Positions 1 through 9,679 of a stretch of DNA of 64,000 bases are shown one piece after another; position 1 is the stretch's first letter, and each line of letters starts with the position of its first letter. The translations under genes were made by a program, and so were the position numbers. Below the pieces are notes generated by a model. That model saw nothing but the letters and a program-made list of their open reading frames with translations. It did no database searches and was not told the DNA's origin. The DNA comes from a virus. Lineage: Duplodnaviria > Caudoviricetes. The stretch is taken from the IMG/VR virus record IMGVR_UViG_3300021255_002694; one strand, written 5' to 3'.

Positions 1-158
1 AGTGGTGTGATCGCATTGTATTCGGTGGTAAGGAATACATCTTCAAGTCGCGTAATGTCGGTGTTGCATTTCTGTGGGATGTAAGCGCACATAGAGAGGT
101 CTATATTGATCTTATCAAAGTGTTTACAGAAGGAACAAAAATCTATGTTTTAGAATGA
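1..158 (+). CDS. 3' end of hypothetical protein (partial)
   Basis: Open frame ...WCDRIVFGGKEYIFK...KIYVLE ending TGA at 156-158. Confidence 0.6.
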   Translation, partial: WCDRIVFGGKEYIFKSRNVGVAFLWDVSAHREVYIDLIKVFTEGTKIYVLE

Positions 159-186
159 TCTAAAAATAAACAATAAATAAAAATAT

Positions 187-233
187 AATCGCAAGATTTT
201 TGAACTATACTTATGTAGTTCAATCTTGCGATT
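187..233 (+). terminator. hairpin upstream of gene 266 (terminator or regulatory)
   Basis: AATCGCAAGATT..GAACTA / TAGTTC-AATCTTGCGATT inverted repeat followed by T-rich run. Confidence 0.55.
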
Positions 234-265
234 TTTCTTATTCCATGATTTTTGAGGTGATATTT

Positions 266-1366
266 ATGGCAGATATTCCAGTTATATACATATTGTCAAG
301 AAATAATTACAATAATTTCGGTGATGAAAACTACGGTAACAACATATTTTTCGTTAGAGAGAATTCAGAAAATTTAGATGATATGATCTCTCTATATGTT
401 GGAAAAGCAAAGCAATCAGATGTTGTTATAGTAAATGGACAAAGTGTTTGGAATAATGTAACAAATACTGTTAATATTGGAACAGGCGGCGTACCAGAAG
501 ATTATAAAGTAGATGGAAAACTAATACTTGCACAGAGAACAATAAACGATAAGACATTCTACAATGCTCTAACATACAATGCAAGTGTTGGTACATTTGT
601 TGATTGCGGAATTCCAAATAATGTTGTATTAGTTGATGAAAATTGGTCAACATCCGATATACTAGACGGAGTAAAAGACTTCTTCTATATTCAACCAAGT
701 ACACATTCTATTTATGTTTTTAATGGATCAGCGTATGATCCGGTTATAACATCTACAATGTTTATAACTAGAGAAGAAGCAGAGACAAGATTTGTAACAA
801 ATGATAAGATGCCGACTGTTGACGGAATAACACTTAAATCAAGAGATGTTTCACAGCAAGGGGTTACTCACAGTGAATTTTACGGACCTATAAACATGCA
901 GACAGGTCAAATTACGCTGTATAATAGTAGTGATGAAGCTGTTTCTGGAAATGTTATATCCGGAACTGATGTTCCACTTGCAACAGTTGTGACACCTAAT
1001 TTAACAGCTTCCGGATTAGTTACATATGATCAGCTACCTAGGAATGGTGGTGAAATCAGAATAACTAATGCTATTGGAACAAATCAAAACGGCGCTATCG
1101 GCGTAACAGATGTCTCTAAAATGGATAAGTCTGATGGAACGGTTGTTTCAAGATCATCAGATTATTTGTCAACAATAATATTTAAAAAATCCAGTAATCT
1201 TAACGATGTTACAAAAGTAATGCCGAACTTTAGTTTGACAGGTGACAATAAAGTATATCTAATGAATCCGGATATTGATATATCAAGTTATACAGTTATT
1301 CATTTGATGCTTTATTATGATGGTTTCCATATGTGTGCGATTGTTACAGGATATCAGGAAACGTAA
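266..1366 (+). CDS. hypothetical protein, possibly virion/tail-associated (T/N/V/G-rich)
   Basis: Long ORF; GAGGTG RBS before ATG 266; composition only. Confidence 0.6.
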   Translation: MADIPVIYILSRNNYNNFGDENYGNNIFFVRENSENLDDMISLYVGKAKQSDVVIVNGQSVWNNVTNTVNIGTGGVPEDYKVDGKLILAQRTINDKTFYNALTYNASVGTFVDCGIPNNVVLVDENWSTSDILDGVKDFFYIQPSTHSIYVFNGSAYDPVITSTMFITREEAETRFVTNDKMPTVDGITLKSRDVSQQGVTHSEFYGPINMQTGQITLYNSSDEAVSGNVISGTDVPLATVVTPNLTASGLVTYDQLPRNGGEIRITNAIGTNQNGAIGVTDVSKMDKSDGTVVSRSSDYLSTIIFKKSSNLNDVTKVMPNFSLTGDNKVYLMNPDIDISSYTVIHLMLYYDGFHMCAIVTGYQET

Positions 1367-1381
1367 AACTGAGGTGATCTT

Positions 1382-1633
1382 ATGAATTATAGACAAAGAC
1401 AACTACGCAAATTTTACATGGCTTTTACAGTTCCACAAGTAATTGAGTTTTTATGGTATACAAATGGCAACTCAACACAAACTACTTTAAGATATTATGG
1501 CTCTGGAACATCAGTTAGGATACCTCAAAAACTTGATGATGTTAATGTTACACAACTAGAATGCACAACATTTTACGGTAACACAACACTAACAAGTGTT
1601 ACAATACCGGATGGCATTACAAAAATTAACTGA
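1382..1633 (+). CDS. small protein with a single BspA-type leucine-rich repeat
   Basis: IPQKLDDVNVTQL...TFYGNTTLTSVTIPDGITKI resembles LRR_5/BspA repeat; GAGGTG RBS. Confidence 0.55.
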   Translation: MNYRQRQLRKFYMAFTVPQVIEFLWYTNGNSTQTTLRYYGSGTSVRIPQKLDDVNVTQLECTTFYGNTTLTSVTIPDGITKIN

Positions 1634-1654
1634 TTTTAATAATATTGGTTACTA

Positions 1655-1683
1655 TTGACTTTTATCACAAATCTTGATATACT
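1655..1683 (+). promoter_or_regulatory. sigmaA-type promoter P1
   Basis: TTGACT-N17-TATACT with TG extended -10. Confidence 0.75.
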
Positions 1684-1733
1684 GTAAATGGATATTCATT
1701 ATCCAGAGTATTTTTATGGAGGCGATCTACACT

Positions 1734-2384
1734 ATGGAATTTGCAAGCATTATACCGTCACAGAACGATGAAAGAATTTTATATCTTTCAGCCGATGTTG
1801 GAAGCGAATCTGTTTCCGATATTTGTAAACAGATTCTACAGATCAATGAAACTGACCGCAAAGGTGTTGAGAAGTTTAAGAAATATGCAATCATGCCGAT
1901 TGAACTTCACGTTCAGTCTTTCGGCGGAAGTGTGTATGATATGTGGGCTTTGATTGATATTATTGAATCAAGCAATACTCCAATCATTACATATTGCAAT
2001 GGATATTGTATGTCTGCTGCTGCACTTATATTCCTATCCGGTCACATTCGCTGTATGTATAAGCACTCTACAATCATGTTACATCAGATGTGGACTATGG
2101 ACATGGGAAAGGTTAAAGATATTCAGCTTGCACAGAAGCAAACTGATGATCTCCATAAGCAGATGATCAAGTTTATCAAGAAACATACTAAATTGAAAAA
2201 GAAGTTTTTTGATCGGTATGATAAAGGCAAGGAAGATGTTTACTTTGATGCAAAGCAGTCACTAAAGCATGGAATTTGCGATCAGATTGTTGAGAACACT
2301 GATTGGAGAAACATGCTACTTGATCAGCTAAATTCTGAAACACAGATGGCTGTTGAATGTTCGGAGGATTTGCTGGATGATTAA
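1734..2384 (+). CDS. ClpP-like serine protease (Clp protease proteolytic subunit family)
   Basis: SFGGSV, GYCMSAAALIF (catalytic Ser), IMLHQ (His), DVYFDA..GICDQI motifs; GGAGG RBS. Confidence 0.85.
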   Translation: MEFASIIPSQNDERILYLSADVGSESVSDICKQILQINETDRKGVEKFKKYAIMPIELHVQSFGGSVYDMWALIDIIESSNTPIITYCNGYCMSAAALIFLSGHIRCMYKHSTIMLHQMWTMDMGKVKDIQLAQKQTDDLHKQMIKFIKKHTKLKKKFFDRYDKGKEDVYFDAKQSLKHGICDQIVENTDWRNMLLDQLNSETQMAVECSEDLLDD

Positions 2385-2625
2385 GCAAGATAGTATAGAA
2401 ACAGTTAGTAAAGAAAAATATTATGTTGCAAAATATTTCTTGAATGGATTTGAAGCTGTGTTACTTTTTCACGGCGAGCGTGATCTTGTTGCACAGTACA
2501 TAGCATCTACACTTGGAGATCAGGTAATGTGTAGAGAAATATCTGATGAACTTGCAACAAACCTATTTAATATTGGATTTAAGGTATACATGGTTCCAAA
2601 CAATAAGCAGTTCACAACTGAATAA
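2377..2625 (+). CDS. hypothetical protein
   Basis: ORF with GGAGG RBS overlapping ClpP-like stop. Confidence 0.65.
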   Translation: MIKQDSIETVSKEKYYVAKYFLNGFEAVLLFHGERDLVAQYIASTLGDQVMCREISDELATNLFNIGFKVYMVPNNKQFTTE

Positions 2626-2663
2626 AAAATAAGGGGTTTTCTGAAAATATTTTGGAAAACCCC

Positions 2664-2692
2664 TTGACATTTATGAATAAATATGATATACT
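2664..2692 (+). promoter_or_regulatory. sigmaA-type promoter P2, -35 overlapped by hairpin 2631-2665
   Basis: TTGACA-N17-TATACT; AAGGGGTTTT/AAAACCCCTT inverted repeat upstream. Confidence 0.85.
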
Positions 2693-2733
2693 ATAATTAC
2701 ACAAGATAAATTCAGTAATGTGAGGTAAGAATT

Positions 2734-2976
2734 ATGGTCAATAGAGTATTTGGAAATTTTTACAGGATCAGCAGAACAAAGGCAAGAACTGCTTTTAACT
2801 CCGGTGAATGCATATTTGTTTCTCCGTGCAATTTAAGACCTGATTCTATGTTTGGAACAGTGTGTCAGATTCCTGAAACCGAAAACTTTGATACATTTGT
2901 AGATCGGTTTACTGTCTATAACTGCACATGCACCGAGACAGGAAGATATGCTTCGTTCTGGATTGTGGTGAAATAA
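2734..2976 (+). CDS. hypothetical protein
   Basis: First ORF after P2, GAGG RBS. Confidence 0.7.
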   Translation: MVNRVFGNFYRISRTKARTAFNSGECIFVSPCNLRPDSMFGTVCQIPETENFDTFVDRFTVYNCTCTETGRYASFWIVVK

Positions 2977-2977
2977 C

Positions 2978-3391
2978 ATGACAAATAAAATGCTCAATAG
3001 GCTTGCAAGAATGTATGATTACATATATACAGATAAGCCGTATAAACACACAAAAACAGTGTCTTTTCTTATTTATCGTGGAAAAGTTGTAAATTTCGGC
3101 ATCAATTCGGATAAAACATCTCCGATGCAGAATAAGTATAGACTTAGAACAGAGTTGAAATTTATTGAAAACTTTGTTGACAAGGAACATTCAGAGGTTA
3201 ATTGTTTGCGTAAAACCGATGAATCAATTAACTTTGAAAAATGTGAACTTGTTATCATATCTAAGAAACACGATGGCGAATTTAGACTTGCCAGACCTTG
3301 TGCCGTATGCATGTCTGCAATTAAAGATTACGGCATTCATGATATTTATTATTCTAATAAAAATGGAACTTTTACTTATGAGAGGGTTTAA
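2978..3391 (+). CDS. cytidine/dCMP deaminase-superfamily zinc protein
   Basis: H-S-E and P-C-A-V-C zinc-binding motifs. Confidence 0.75.
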   Translation: MTNKMLNRLARMYDYIYTDKPYKHTKTVSFLIYRGKVVNFGINSDKTSPMQNKYRLRTELKFIENFVDKEHSEVNCLRKTDESINFEKCELVIISKKHDGEFRLARPCAVCMSAIKDYGIHDIYYSNKNGTFTYERV

Positions 3392-3394
3392 TAT

Positions 3395-4045
3395 ATGTCA
3401 TATTATAGAGATGATACAGTTAAAATCATTGCTATTATTTCTTCCATTGCTGTAGTAGTTGCATTGATTATTACATTTATTTGTATGCCAGTCAAAGGAT
3501 ATATGGACGTTGAATCATATCACTGGAACTGGACTATTGATCTTTTTGAATATAGACAGGTTCATGAATCCGACTCCGTAAGCGATCATTACACAAGAAG
3601 CGGTGCAGAAGATGCTGCCAGAAGCCGTATACCAGATGATGCATACAATATTGATGTAAAAACATATCCTTATACTAAGACACATCACTATGAAGATCAG
3701 GATGGTCACAGATATACAACAACCGAAATACGATATAGGACAGAATATTCATATACAGTTGATCGCTGGGTAAAATACTCCGAGTTAAATTCGTATGGAA
3801 ATGACAAATCTCCTTATGAACCTGAATGTGATCTTCCGACAAATATTGAAAATCCTAGTCTGGGTGATAGAAAAAGACAGTACGGACATAGTGAGAAGTA
3901 TACAGCAACAGGCATTGTGGATGGAAATAAAACAACTGTGATTATCACAAAAGATATTTTTAACAGACTAACAGAGAATGATGAATTTGAATATAAGCGT
4001 CATAGGTGGAATGATGTAGCTTATGATGTTAAAATTGCCGAGTAA
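3395..4045 (+). CDS. membrane-anchored hypothetical protein
   Basis: N-terminal hydrophobic helix IIAIISSIAVVVALIITFICM. Confidence 0.7.
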   Translation: MSYYRDDTVKIIAIISSIAVVVALIITFICMPVKGYMDVESYHWNWTIDLFEYRQVHESDSVSDHYTRSGAEDAARSRIPDDAYNIDVKTYPYTKTHHYEDQDGHRYTTTEIRYRTEYSYTVDRWVKYSELNSYGNDKSPYEPECDLPTNIENPSLGDRKRQYGHSEKYTATGIVDGNKTTVIITKDIFNRLTENDEFEYKRHRWNDVAYDVKIAE

Positions 4046-4094
4046 TAAGGAGAACTGAAATTGATACAATTATCAATGGTATGGAGGTTTAATT

Positions 4095-4970
4095 ATGGAA
4101 CTGAGTAATCCAATTAAATTAAAAAATGGATTAGAAATTGTAGATATCAGTGTTAATCATATATCTGATGTTGAGGAAGAAACATTAAACTATGTGGATG
4201 AAGAAGATAATCCGCTGTACGAAGATACAGAATTTTGTTCTGTGTGTCGTGATACTGTGTCTATGAGAATTAAGGATGATTCTTTTGATGATATGATATT
4301 TAAGTGCGAGTGTGACAGAATTGATCCCATTGAGCTACATGAATATCTACTTGTAGATCGGTCTGATTTAGATGTTATTGACTTTTGCCTTGATTTCGCA
4401 CGTAAATTTGGAAATCCGTCCGATAGAAGCAGAGAAGATAGTTTAATGTATGATAATATAGAAAAACATTCAGGGTGGTCATGCTATACACTTGAAGAAC
4501 CAATTAGATCGGCTGTGGTATCTTCAATACGTTGTCATCTTGTGAATGGATGGGTAGATATTATTGAGGTAGATTTTTCGGATAAGGATGCGATTAAAAT
4601 TTACCTTGATCTCGATAAATACAAAAAGGTCAGAGTTAATCCTGTAAGTTCGTTTACATTTATTGAGATAATTCTTTGTATGCTAGAACAAAGATGTTCG
4701 ATAGGTAAGGAAGAACTGCTGAAGAAGATTACAGATTATTTTGGATTTCTTGTGGATGTTGTTGATGTTCAAGGAAAATATATTGTGCAGTCATATCTTT
4801 CTAAGGTTGCTGAAAACTTGTCAATTTTCTATGTAAAACAGGAGAACAAACCACATACTAAGTTTATCCCAATGTACTTGAATACTCTTGTTGCAGACAT
4901 CAGCAGTATTTCCGCTTCGTTAAATGATATGAAAATTTTTCAAGATTTCAACATGGCGTTTGATTTCTGA
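4095..4970 (+). CDS. hypothetical protein, paralog family A
   Basis: Shares FCLxFAxxF and GWxDxIxVxF...DLxKY blocks with 5402. Confidence 0.75.
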   Translation: MELSNPIKLKNGLEIVDISVNHISDVEEETLNYVDEEDNPLYEDTEFCSVCRDTVSMRIKDDSFDDMIFKCECDRIDPIELHEYLLVDRSDLDVIDFCLDFARKFGNPSDRSREDSLMYDNIEKHSGWSCYTLEEPIRSAVVSSIRCHLVNGWVDIIEVDFSDKDAIKIYLDLDKYKKVRVNPVSSFTFIEIILCMLEQRCSIGKEELLKKITDYFGFLVDVVDVQGKYIVQSYLSKVAENLSIFYVKQENKPHTKFIPMYLNTLVADISSISASLNDMKIFQDFNMAFDF

Positions 4971-5000
4971 TGCCTTTGGATGTGAGTGAGGATGACGAAA

Positions 5001-5405
5001 ATGAAAGTTGATATTCAGTTAAAAGATACAAGATTGATTGAGATTGAAACAGATACTAGCTTTGATCTTACAAGAAATTCAAACTTGTACTACCCAGATA
5101 TTGAAAAAACATCTTATGTTGATTTCAGATTTGACAACGGTGATATTTTTTCCTCGAAGTTTTCAGGAATTGATATCCTAGAGTTGTTTGCATGGTTCTA
5201 TGACTATGATCTGTCTGCAAACACTCCAAGAGAGTTGTGTTTAAGTTGGATGCAGTATCACGCCGGAGATTTTGAAACGAATGGAAATACAATCATTGGA
5301 TGCTGGTTCAATGATGCTGACGGCAACCATATTGAATATGAGTACCATTACAATGACAGACATCTTGATACATCTAAAGTATATGAAAAGGAGAATCCAC
5401 AATGA
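5001..5405 (+). CDS. hypothetical protein, paralog family A (N-terminal domain only)
   Basis: IQLKDTRLIEIETD...VDFRFDNGDI resembles 39048. Confidence 0.65.
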   Translation: MKVDIQLKDTRLIEIETDTSFDLTRNSNLYYPDIEKTSYVDFRFDNGDIFSSKFSGIDILELFAWFYDYDLSANTPRELCLSWMQYHAGDFETNGNTIIGCWFNDADGNHIEYEYHYNDRHLDTSKVYEKENPQ

Positions 5406-6061
5406 CACCGAAACTGTATGATGCAGATATAACTAATATCAGAATCACAACAGAGTGTAGTGTTATTCCAGAGCCGTTTACTTGTGATTCTAGGTATGTT
5501 GATCTGAATAAAATCAAGACTCAGGTATATAATGATGTTACCATTGATTTTGCAGACGGATCATCTTTGTTTGTAAGGACTGATAAACCAATCAATCCAG
5601 ATGAGTACGCTGATTTTATGTTAAATAATTTTGAGTATACAACGAGATTCAAGTTTTGTTTGATGTTTGCCGCAAGATTCTCTGGTAGAAAATACGGTAG
5701 ATTACACATGTCAAATGATACTTTCAGATATTCATATTTTGGAAACAGACCGGAAAGCGTTTATATGGATATCTGTGTAGATTGTGGTGATGTTGTTCTT
5801 TCGAGAGTTAGATTCAGTTATACCGAAACTGGTTGGATTGATTCTATTACTGTCGTTTTTGACAACAATAAACAGATTGAAGTTAAAGTTGATCTTAGTA
5901 AATATGATACAGATGATCTTAGTTGCACCATAAATTTTTTCCGATATCTTGAAGTTATCTATGATTGTATTGGAGAAGTATTCCAAAACAGCACTGAAAA
6001 GATTTATGATGAACTTAAAGAAATGCTTAAATATTCTGCAAAGGAGATTGTGTTAAAATGA
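5402..6061 (+). CDS. hypothetical protein, paralog family A
   Basis: Similarity to 4095; ATGA overlap. Confidence 0.75.
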   Translation: MTPKLYDADITNIRITTECSVIPEPFTCDSRYVDLNKIKTQVYNDVTIDFADGSSLFVRTDKPINPDEYADFMLNNFEYTTRFKFCLMFAARFSGRKYGRLHMSNDTFRYSYFGNRPESVYMDICVDCGDVVLSRVRFSYTETGWIDSITVVFDNNKQIEVKVDLSKYDTDDLSCTINFFRYLEVIYDCIGEVFQNSTEKIYDELKEMLKYSAKEIVLK

Positions 6062-6501
6062 ATATTGATGATATTAAATATATTATCATTAGCAATAAAA
6101 TTATGGAGTATGCGGAGTTTTATAGAGAAGTGGCACAGATCAAAGAAGATATTGATTTTTTCGACATGTATATTCGTCGCAACAAGAGATGCGGTCGCCC
6201 ATTTACAATTCTTCCGTGCAGCGCATCCGATAGAGCATTTATCGACATTTATAATGCACTTGGATTTTATTCTAAAAACATTGAAGATGTCTACGCTATC
6301 TACGTTCTAATGAAAGCAATTATTGAAGATATCTATGATCAGACAATGAAATTTAATTCTGGTAAGATTAGAGAATTTGCAGAATATATTGAATCAGACT
6401 TTAATCTGAACATTAGAGATTATGTGACATGTTTTATCGGATGTAGTCAAGGATGCTCTGTAACGCTAAATGATCTTTGTGATATTCTAAATGCAGAATA
6501 A
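6058..6501 (+). CDS. hypothetical protein
   Basis: ATGA overlap, last gene before terminator. Confidence 0.7.
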   Translation: MNIDDIKYIIISNKIMEYAEFYREVAQIKEDIDFFDMYIRRNKRCGRPFTILPCSASDRAFIDIYNALGFYSKNIEDVYAIYVLMKAIIEDIYDQTMKFNSGKIREFAEYIESDFNLNIRDYVTCFIGCSQGCSVTLNDLCDILNAE

Positions 6502-6507
6502 ATAACT

Positions 6508-6548
6508 AAATAGATCAGCACTTGAAACAAATCGTGCTGATCTATTTT
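6508..6548 (+). terminator. intrinsic terminator
   Basis: AAATAGATCAGCAC / GTGCTGATCTATTT stem. Confidence 0.7.
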
Positions 6549-6587
6549 GTGCAATATGACAAAATAACAGTAATTTCATAAAAACAC

Positions 6588-6622
6588 TTGACACGCAAAG
6601 TTATTTGTGATATACTATATTT
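6588..6622 (+). promoter_or_regulatory. sigmaA-type promoter P3
   Basis: TTGACA-N17-TATACT-ATATTT. Confidence 0.85.
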
Positions 6623-6657
6623 ACAAGATAGCCAAATGCTTGAAAGGAGAATATACT

Positions 6658-6957
6658 ATGTTGTCAATTACATTCTATGATTCAGAATCAGTAAAGAAGA
6701 AGTTTCCTGACTATGATGCTGATTGCATCGTAGAAGTGTCTGGAAATTCAAAAGAAGCAGATAGTCTTATTGACAGTCTGTCTGAATCTTTCAGTAACTT
6801 CTGGGGAACAGGTAGCAAGAGTAAAACAACATACAGAATCATGGTTAAGGATTTCAGTCATTTCCTTGATTTTGTGATTGAGGTAAATGACTATATGAAT
6901 AAAGCCAAAGGTATTCAGACGATTGAATTTTATACAGGTAGTTTAGATGAAAATTAA
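6658..6957 (+). CDS. hypothetical protein
   Basis: AAAGGAG RBS, first gene after P3. Confidence 0.7.
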   Translation: MLSITFYDSESVKKKFPDYDADCIVEVSGNSKEADSLIDSLSESFSNFWGTGSKSKTTYRIMVKDFSHFLDFVIEVNDYMNKAKGIQTIEFYTGSLDEN

Positions 6958-6971
6958 AGGAGCGAACAAAA

Positions 6972-7544
6972 ATGAATAAAATTTTCAATATTATGGCTGG
7001 AACTGGTGACTACAAACACGTTATGTTTTCAACAACAGATTGGTTAAAAGCATCAAATTTTGTAGTTTCATTTAATATGCAATTCGATGTAAATGATCCG
7101 GATACATATGATGAATACCATGCATATATTGAGGAAATTGATAACTTTGTACCTGAATATGATTTTTGTAAGTATGCACATGGAAATGCAACTGTGTATA
7201 CTGTAAAAGTATATGATGGTGGAGTCATTAAACCAGCAGAAATTTATGGAAGCCCACTATATGATTACATTGATCTCTATAAAACAAAAGAATTTGGTAT
7301 GGATGTTGAGAAACTTCAACATTTACTTGATCACGAATACTGCATTGATTTCAACAATGTTTTCAGATGTGATGCAATCGTAAAGATTCTTATTGTTGAT
7401 GCAGATACTCAGCAATCTTTTGACATTACACGTAACAGCGATATCAGTGGTCATATGCTGAATCATCTTGTTAAGAGAGCATCGACTATCTACAGGAGAG
7501 AGAAGCAATACGCAGAATCTATGAATGAAACAGAATCAGAGTAA
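6972..7544 (+). CDS. hypothetical protein
   Basis: AAAGGAG RBS, 190 aa. Confidence 0.7.
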   Translation: MNKIFNIMAGTGDYKHVMFSTTDWLKASNFVVSFNMQFDVNDPDTYDEYHAYIEEIDNFVPEYDFCKYAHGNATVYTVKVYDGGVIKPAEIYGSPLYDYIDLYKTKEFGMDVEKLQHLLDHEYCIDFNNVFRCDAIVKILIVDADTQQSFDITRNSDISGHMLNHLVKRASTIYRREKQYAESMNETESE

Positions 7545-7555
7545 AGAGGTAGTTT

Positions 7556-8464
7556 ATGAGAGAAGTAATCGGAAGTTATAAAAACGGAAATTATACTGTT
7601 GTTATTCTGAGTGATGGTACACTGATCAGAGCATGTAAAGATGATGTCATGATTCCTGAATTTCCAGATTCTATGGACATTAAGATAACGAACAAGTGTT
7701 CTGGCGGATGTATGTATTGCCATGAGAATTCAAGCCCTGATGGTCTACATGGAAAGATTCTGAATGTTCCGTTTTTGAATAGTCTGCATCCATATACACA
7801 GCTTGCAGTCGGTGGTGGAAATGTTCTTGAACATCCTGATTTTCTTCCGTTCCTTATTTGGTGCAAAGAGAAAAAGCTGATTCCAAGTATTACACTTAAT
7901 CAAAAGCATTTCATGGATAATCTGCAACTTATTAAGAATTTGGCAGATAAGAAACTTATTTACGGTATTGGTGTTTCTCTGATTTATCCGACTGATGAAC
8001 TTATTAACGCTGTCAGAGAGTTTCCTAATGCTGTTATTCATGTAATTGCCGGAATTGTAAGTAAGACAGAACTTGAAAGAATTTCTGATAGAGGATTGAA
8101 AGTTCTCGTTCTTGGATATAAGCAGTTTAGGCGTGGCGATGAATTTTATAGGAGTTCTCCGGAAACACAGAGAAGAATTGATAGCAATATCAACTGGCTA
8201 AAAGACAATCTAAGTGAAATCGCTCCGCATTTTGATAAGATCAGTTTTGATAATCTTGCAATTAAGCAGCTTAATGTAAGATCACTGATGGATGATGATG
8301 CATGGGAAAGATTTTACATGGGCGATGATGGTCAATTTACCATGTACATTGATACTGTAAACGAAGAATTTGCAGTAAGTTCAACAACTAAAAAGAGATT
8401 TAAGTACACGGACGATATGTCTATTGAAGATATTTTTAAGATCGTTAGGGGTGAAATTGCATGA
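7556..8464 (+). CDS. radical SAM protein
   Basis: CSGGCMYC (CxxxCxxC) preceded by DIKITNK; GGGN glycine motif. Confidence 0.9.
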   Translation: MREVIGSYKNGNYTVVILSDGTLIRACKDDVMIPEFPDSMDIKITNKCSGGCMYCHENSSPDGLHGKILNVPFLNSLHPYTQLAVGGGNVLEHPDFLPFLIWCKEKKLIPSITLNQKHFMDNLQLIKNLADKKLIYGIGVSLIYPTDELINAVREFPNAVIHVIAGIVSKTELERISDRGLKVLVLGYKQFRRGDEFYRSSPETQRRIDSNINWLKDNLSEIAPHFDKISFDNLAIKQLNVRSLMDDDAWERFYMGDDGQFTMYIDTVNEEFAVSSTTKKRFKYTDDMSIEDIFKIVRGEIA

Positions 8465-9165
8465 AATTTGATGAACATAAACTGTACATAATTGAAAGAA
8501 AAAATGTACTTGAAACAGACCTTGATCTTGATATTACAAGAGACATGAATTACAATAGACATTGGAGAAACGAAGCTAAGTTAGAAGATTATGTTGACGG
8601 GTATGCTTATATAAATCCGGAAGGGTATTTTCCTGAAACAGTTGATCGTAATGAAAACAATATCACAATACTCAAATATTCGTATGAAAAACTTGCATAT
8701 ATCGCTTTCTGCCTTGCGTGTGGAAAAGCTGTAGATGAGGATATTGATAACTCATTAGCTGATTTTGTTTCGGGTATTAAAGAGTATGTTCCAGATTTCA
8801 TGGGATTTAGATTTCCACTTATCACAAAAATTAGAGTTGGAAAAACACGCGAATGGGAAGAAATTGAATATGATGAAGATTCAGTAAAGTATTACGATGT
8901 TGGGGACTATTTTGAGTGGCAGATTACAAATGAGCATGAGTTCAAAAAATACGGTCTTGATCTTGTAAAGATTGCACTTAGTAATAGATATATTCTCATT
9001 ATTGATGATATGGAAGATTCATACATTCAGAGAATGATTGAGGACGGAATTATCAATCTTGATCATAATAGAGTTCTTGTTCTTGATTCGTCAGACAAGA
9101 TGAAATCTGGTTTTATCGAAAAAGATGGAGTTGTAAATCTGTCAGAAAGTGAGGATGATGCATAA
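8461..9165 (+). CDS. divergent member of FETNSSS family
   Basis: RKNVLET, EKLAY, IKEYVPDF blocks align with 9165 (RPGVFET, EKVIY, VKEYVPEF). Confidence 0.6.
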   Translation: MKFDEHKLYIIERKNVLETDLDLDITRDMNYNRHWRNEAKLEDYVDGYAYINPEGYFPETVDRNENNITILKYSYEKLAYIAFCLACGKAVDEDIDNSLADFVSGIKEYVPDFMGFRFPLITKIRVGKTREWEEIEYDEDSVKYYDVGDYFEWQITNEHEFKKYGLDLVKIALSNRYILIIDDMEDSYIQRMIEDGIINLDHNRVLVLDSSDKMKSGFIEKDGVVNLSESEDDA

Positions 9166-9665
9166 TGATTATTACAATCAGACCAGGAGTATTTGAAACA
9201 AACAGTTCATCTTCTCACTCTATCTGCATTAGAAATGATAAAAGTGATCTATGTGTAGATAGAGAGAATATTGTTGACAATATTCTTAATGGCAGAGGTG
9301 AGTGGAAGATTACAGGAATGTATTTCGGTAGAGCGCCTTTTAGATATCTTGCAAAATTCAGCGAAAAGGTGATCTATGCACTTGCAAATGGAATTAACTA
9401 TCACGATATTGAAGGTATTGTTAAAGAGTATGTTCCAGAATTTACCGAATTTAAGTTTGTTACTGAATCTGGCAGTGGTTATACAGATGATTATATTCTC
9501 AGTGGTTGGCTTGAACATCATTCTGTATCACTTAAAGATTTTTTAACAAAAGATTCATATTTTGTAATCTGTGATGGAGATGAATACTACATCTATGCGG
9601 ATATGATCAAGACTGGAATTATCTCTAAATGTGTTGACACACATGAAGTTGAAGTTTTAGATTGA
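9165..9665 (+). CDS. FETNSSS-motif phage protein
   Basis: N-terminal IRPGVFETNSSSSHS; paralog at 27341. Confidence 0.75.
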   Translation: MIITIRPGVFETNSSSSHSICIRNDKSDLCVDRENIVDNILNGRGEWKITGMYFGRAPFRYLAKFSEKVIYALANGINYHDIEGIVKEYVPEFTEFKFVTESGSGYTDDYILSGWLEHHSVSLKDFLTKDSYFVICDGDEYYIYADMIKTGIISKCVDTHEVEVLD

Positions 9666-9679
9666 GGTATGATTATAAA

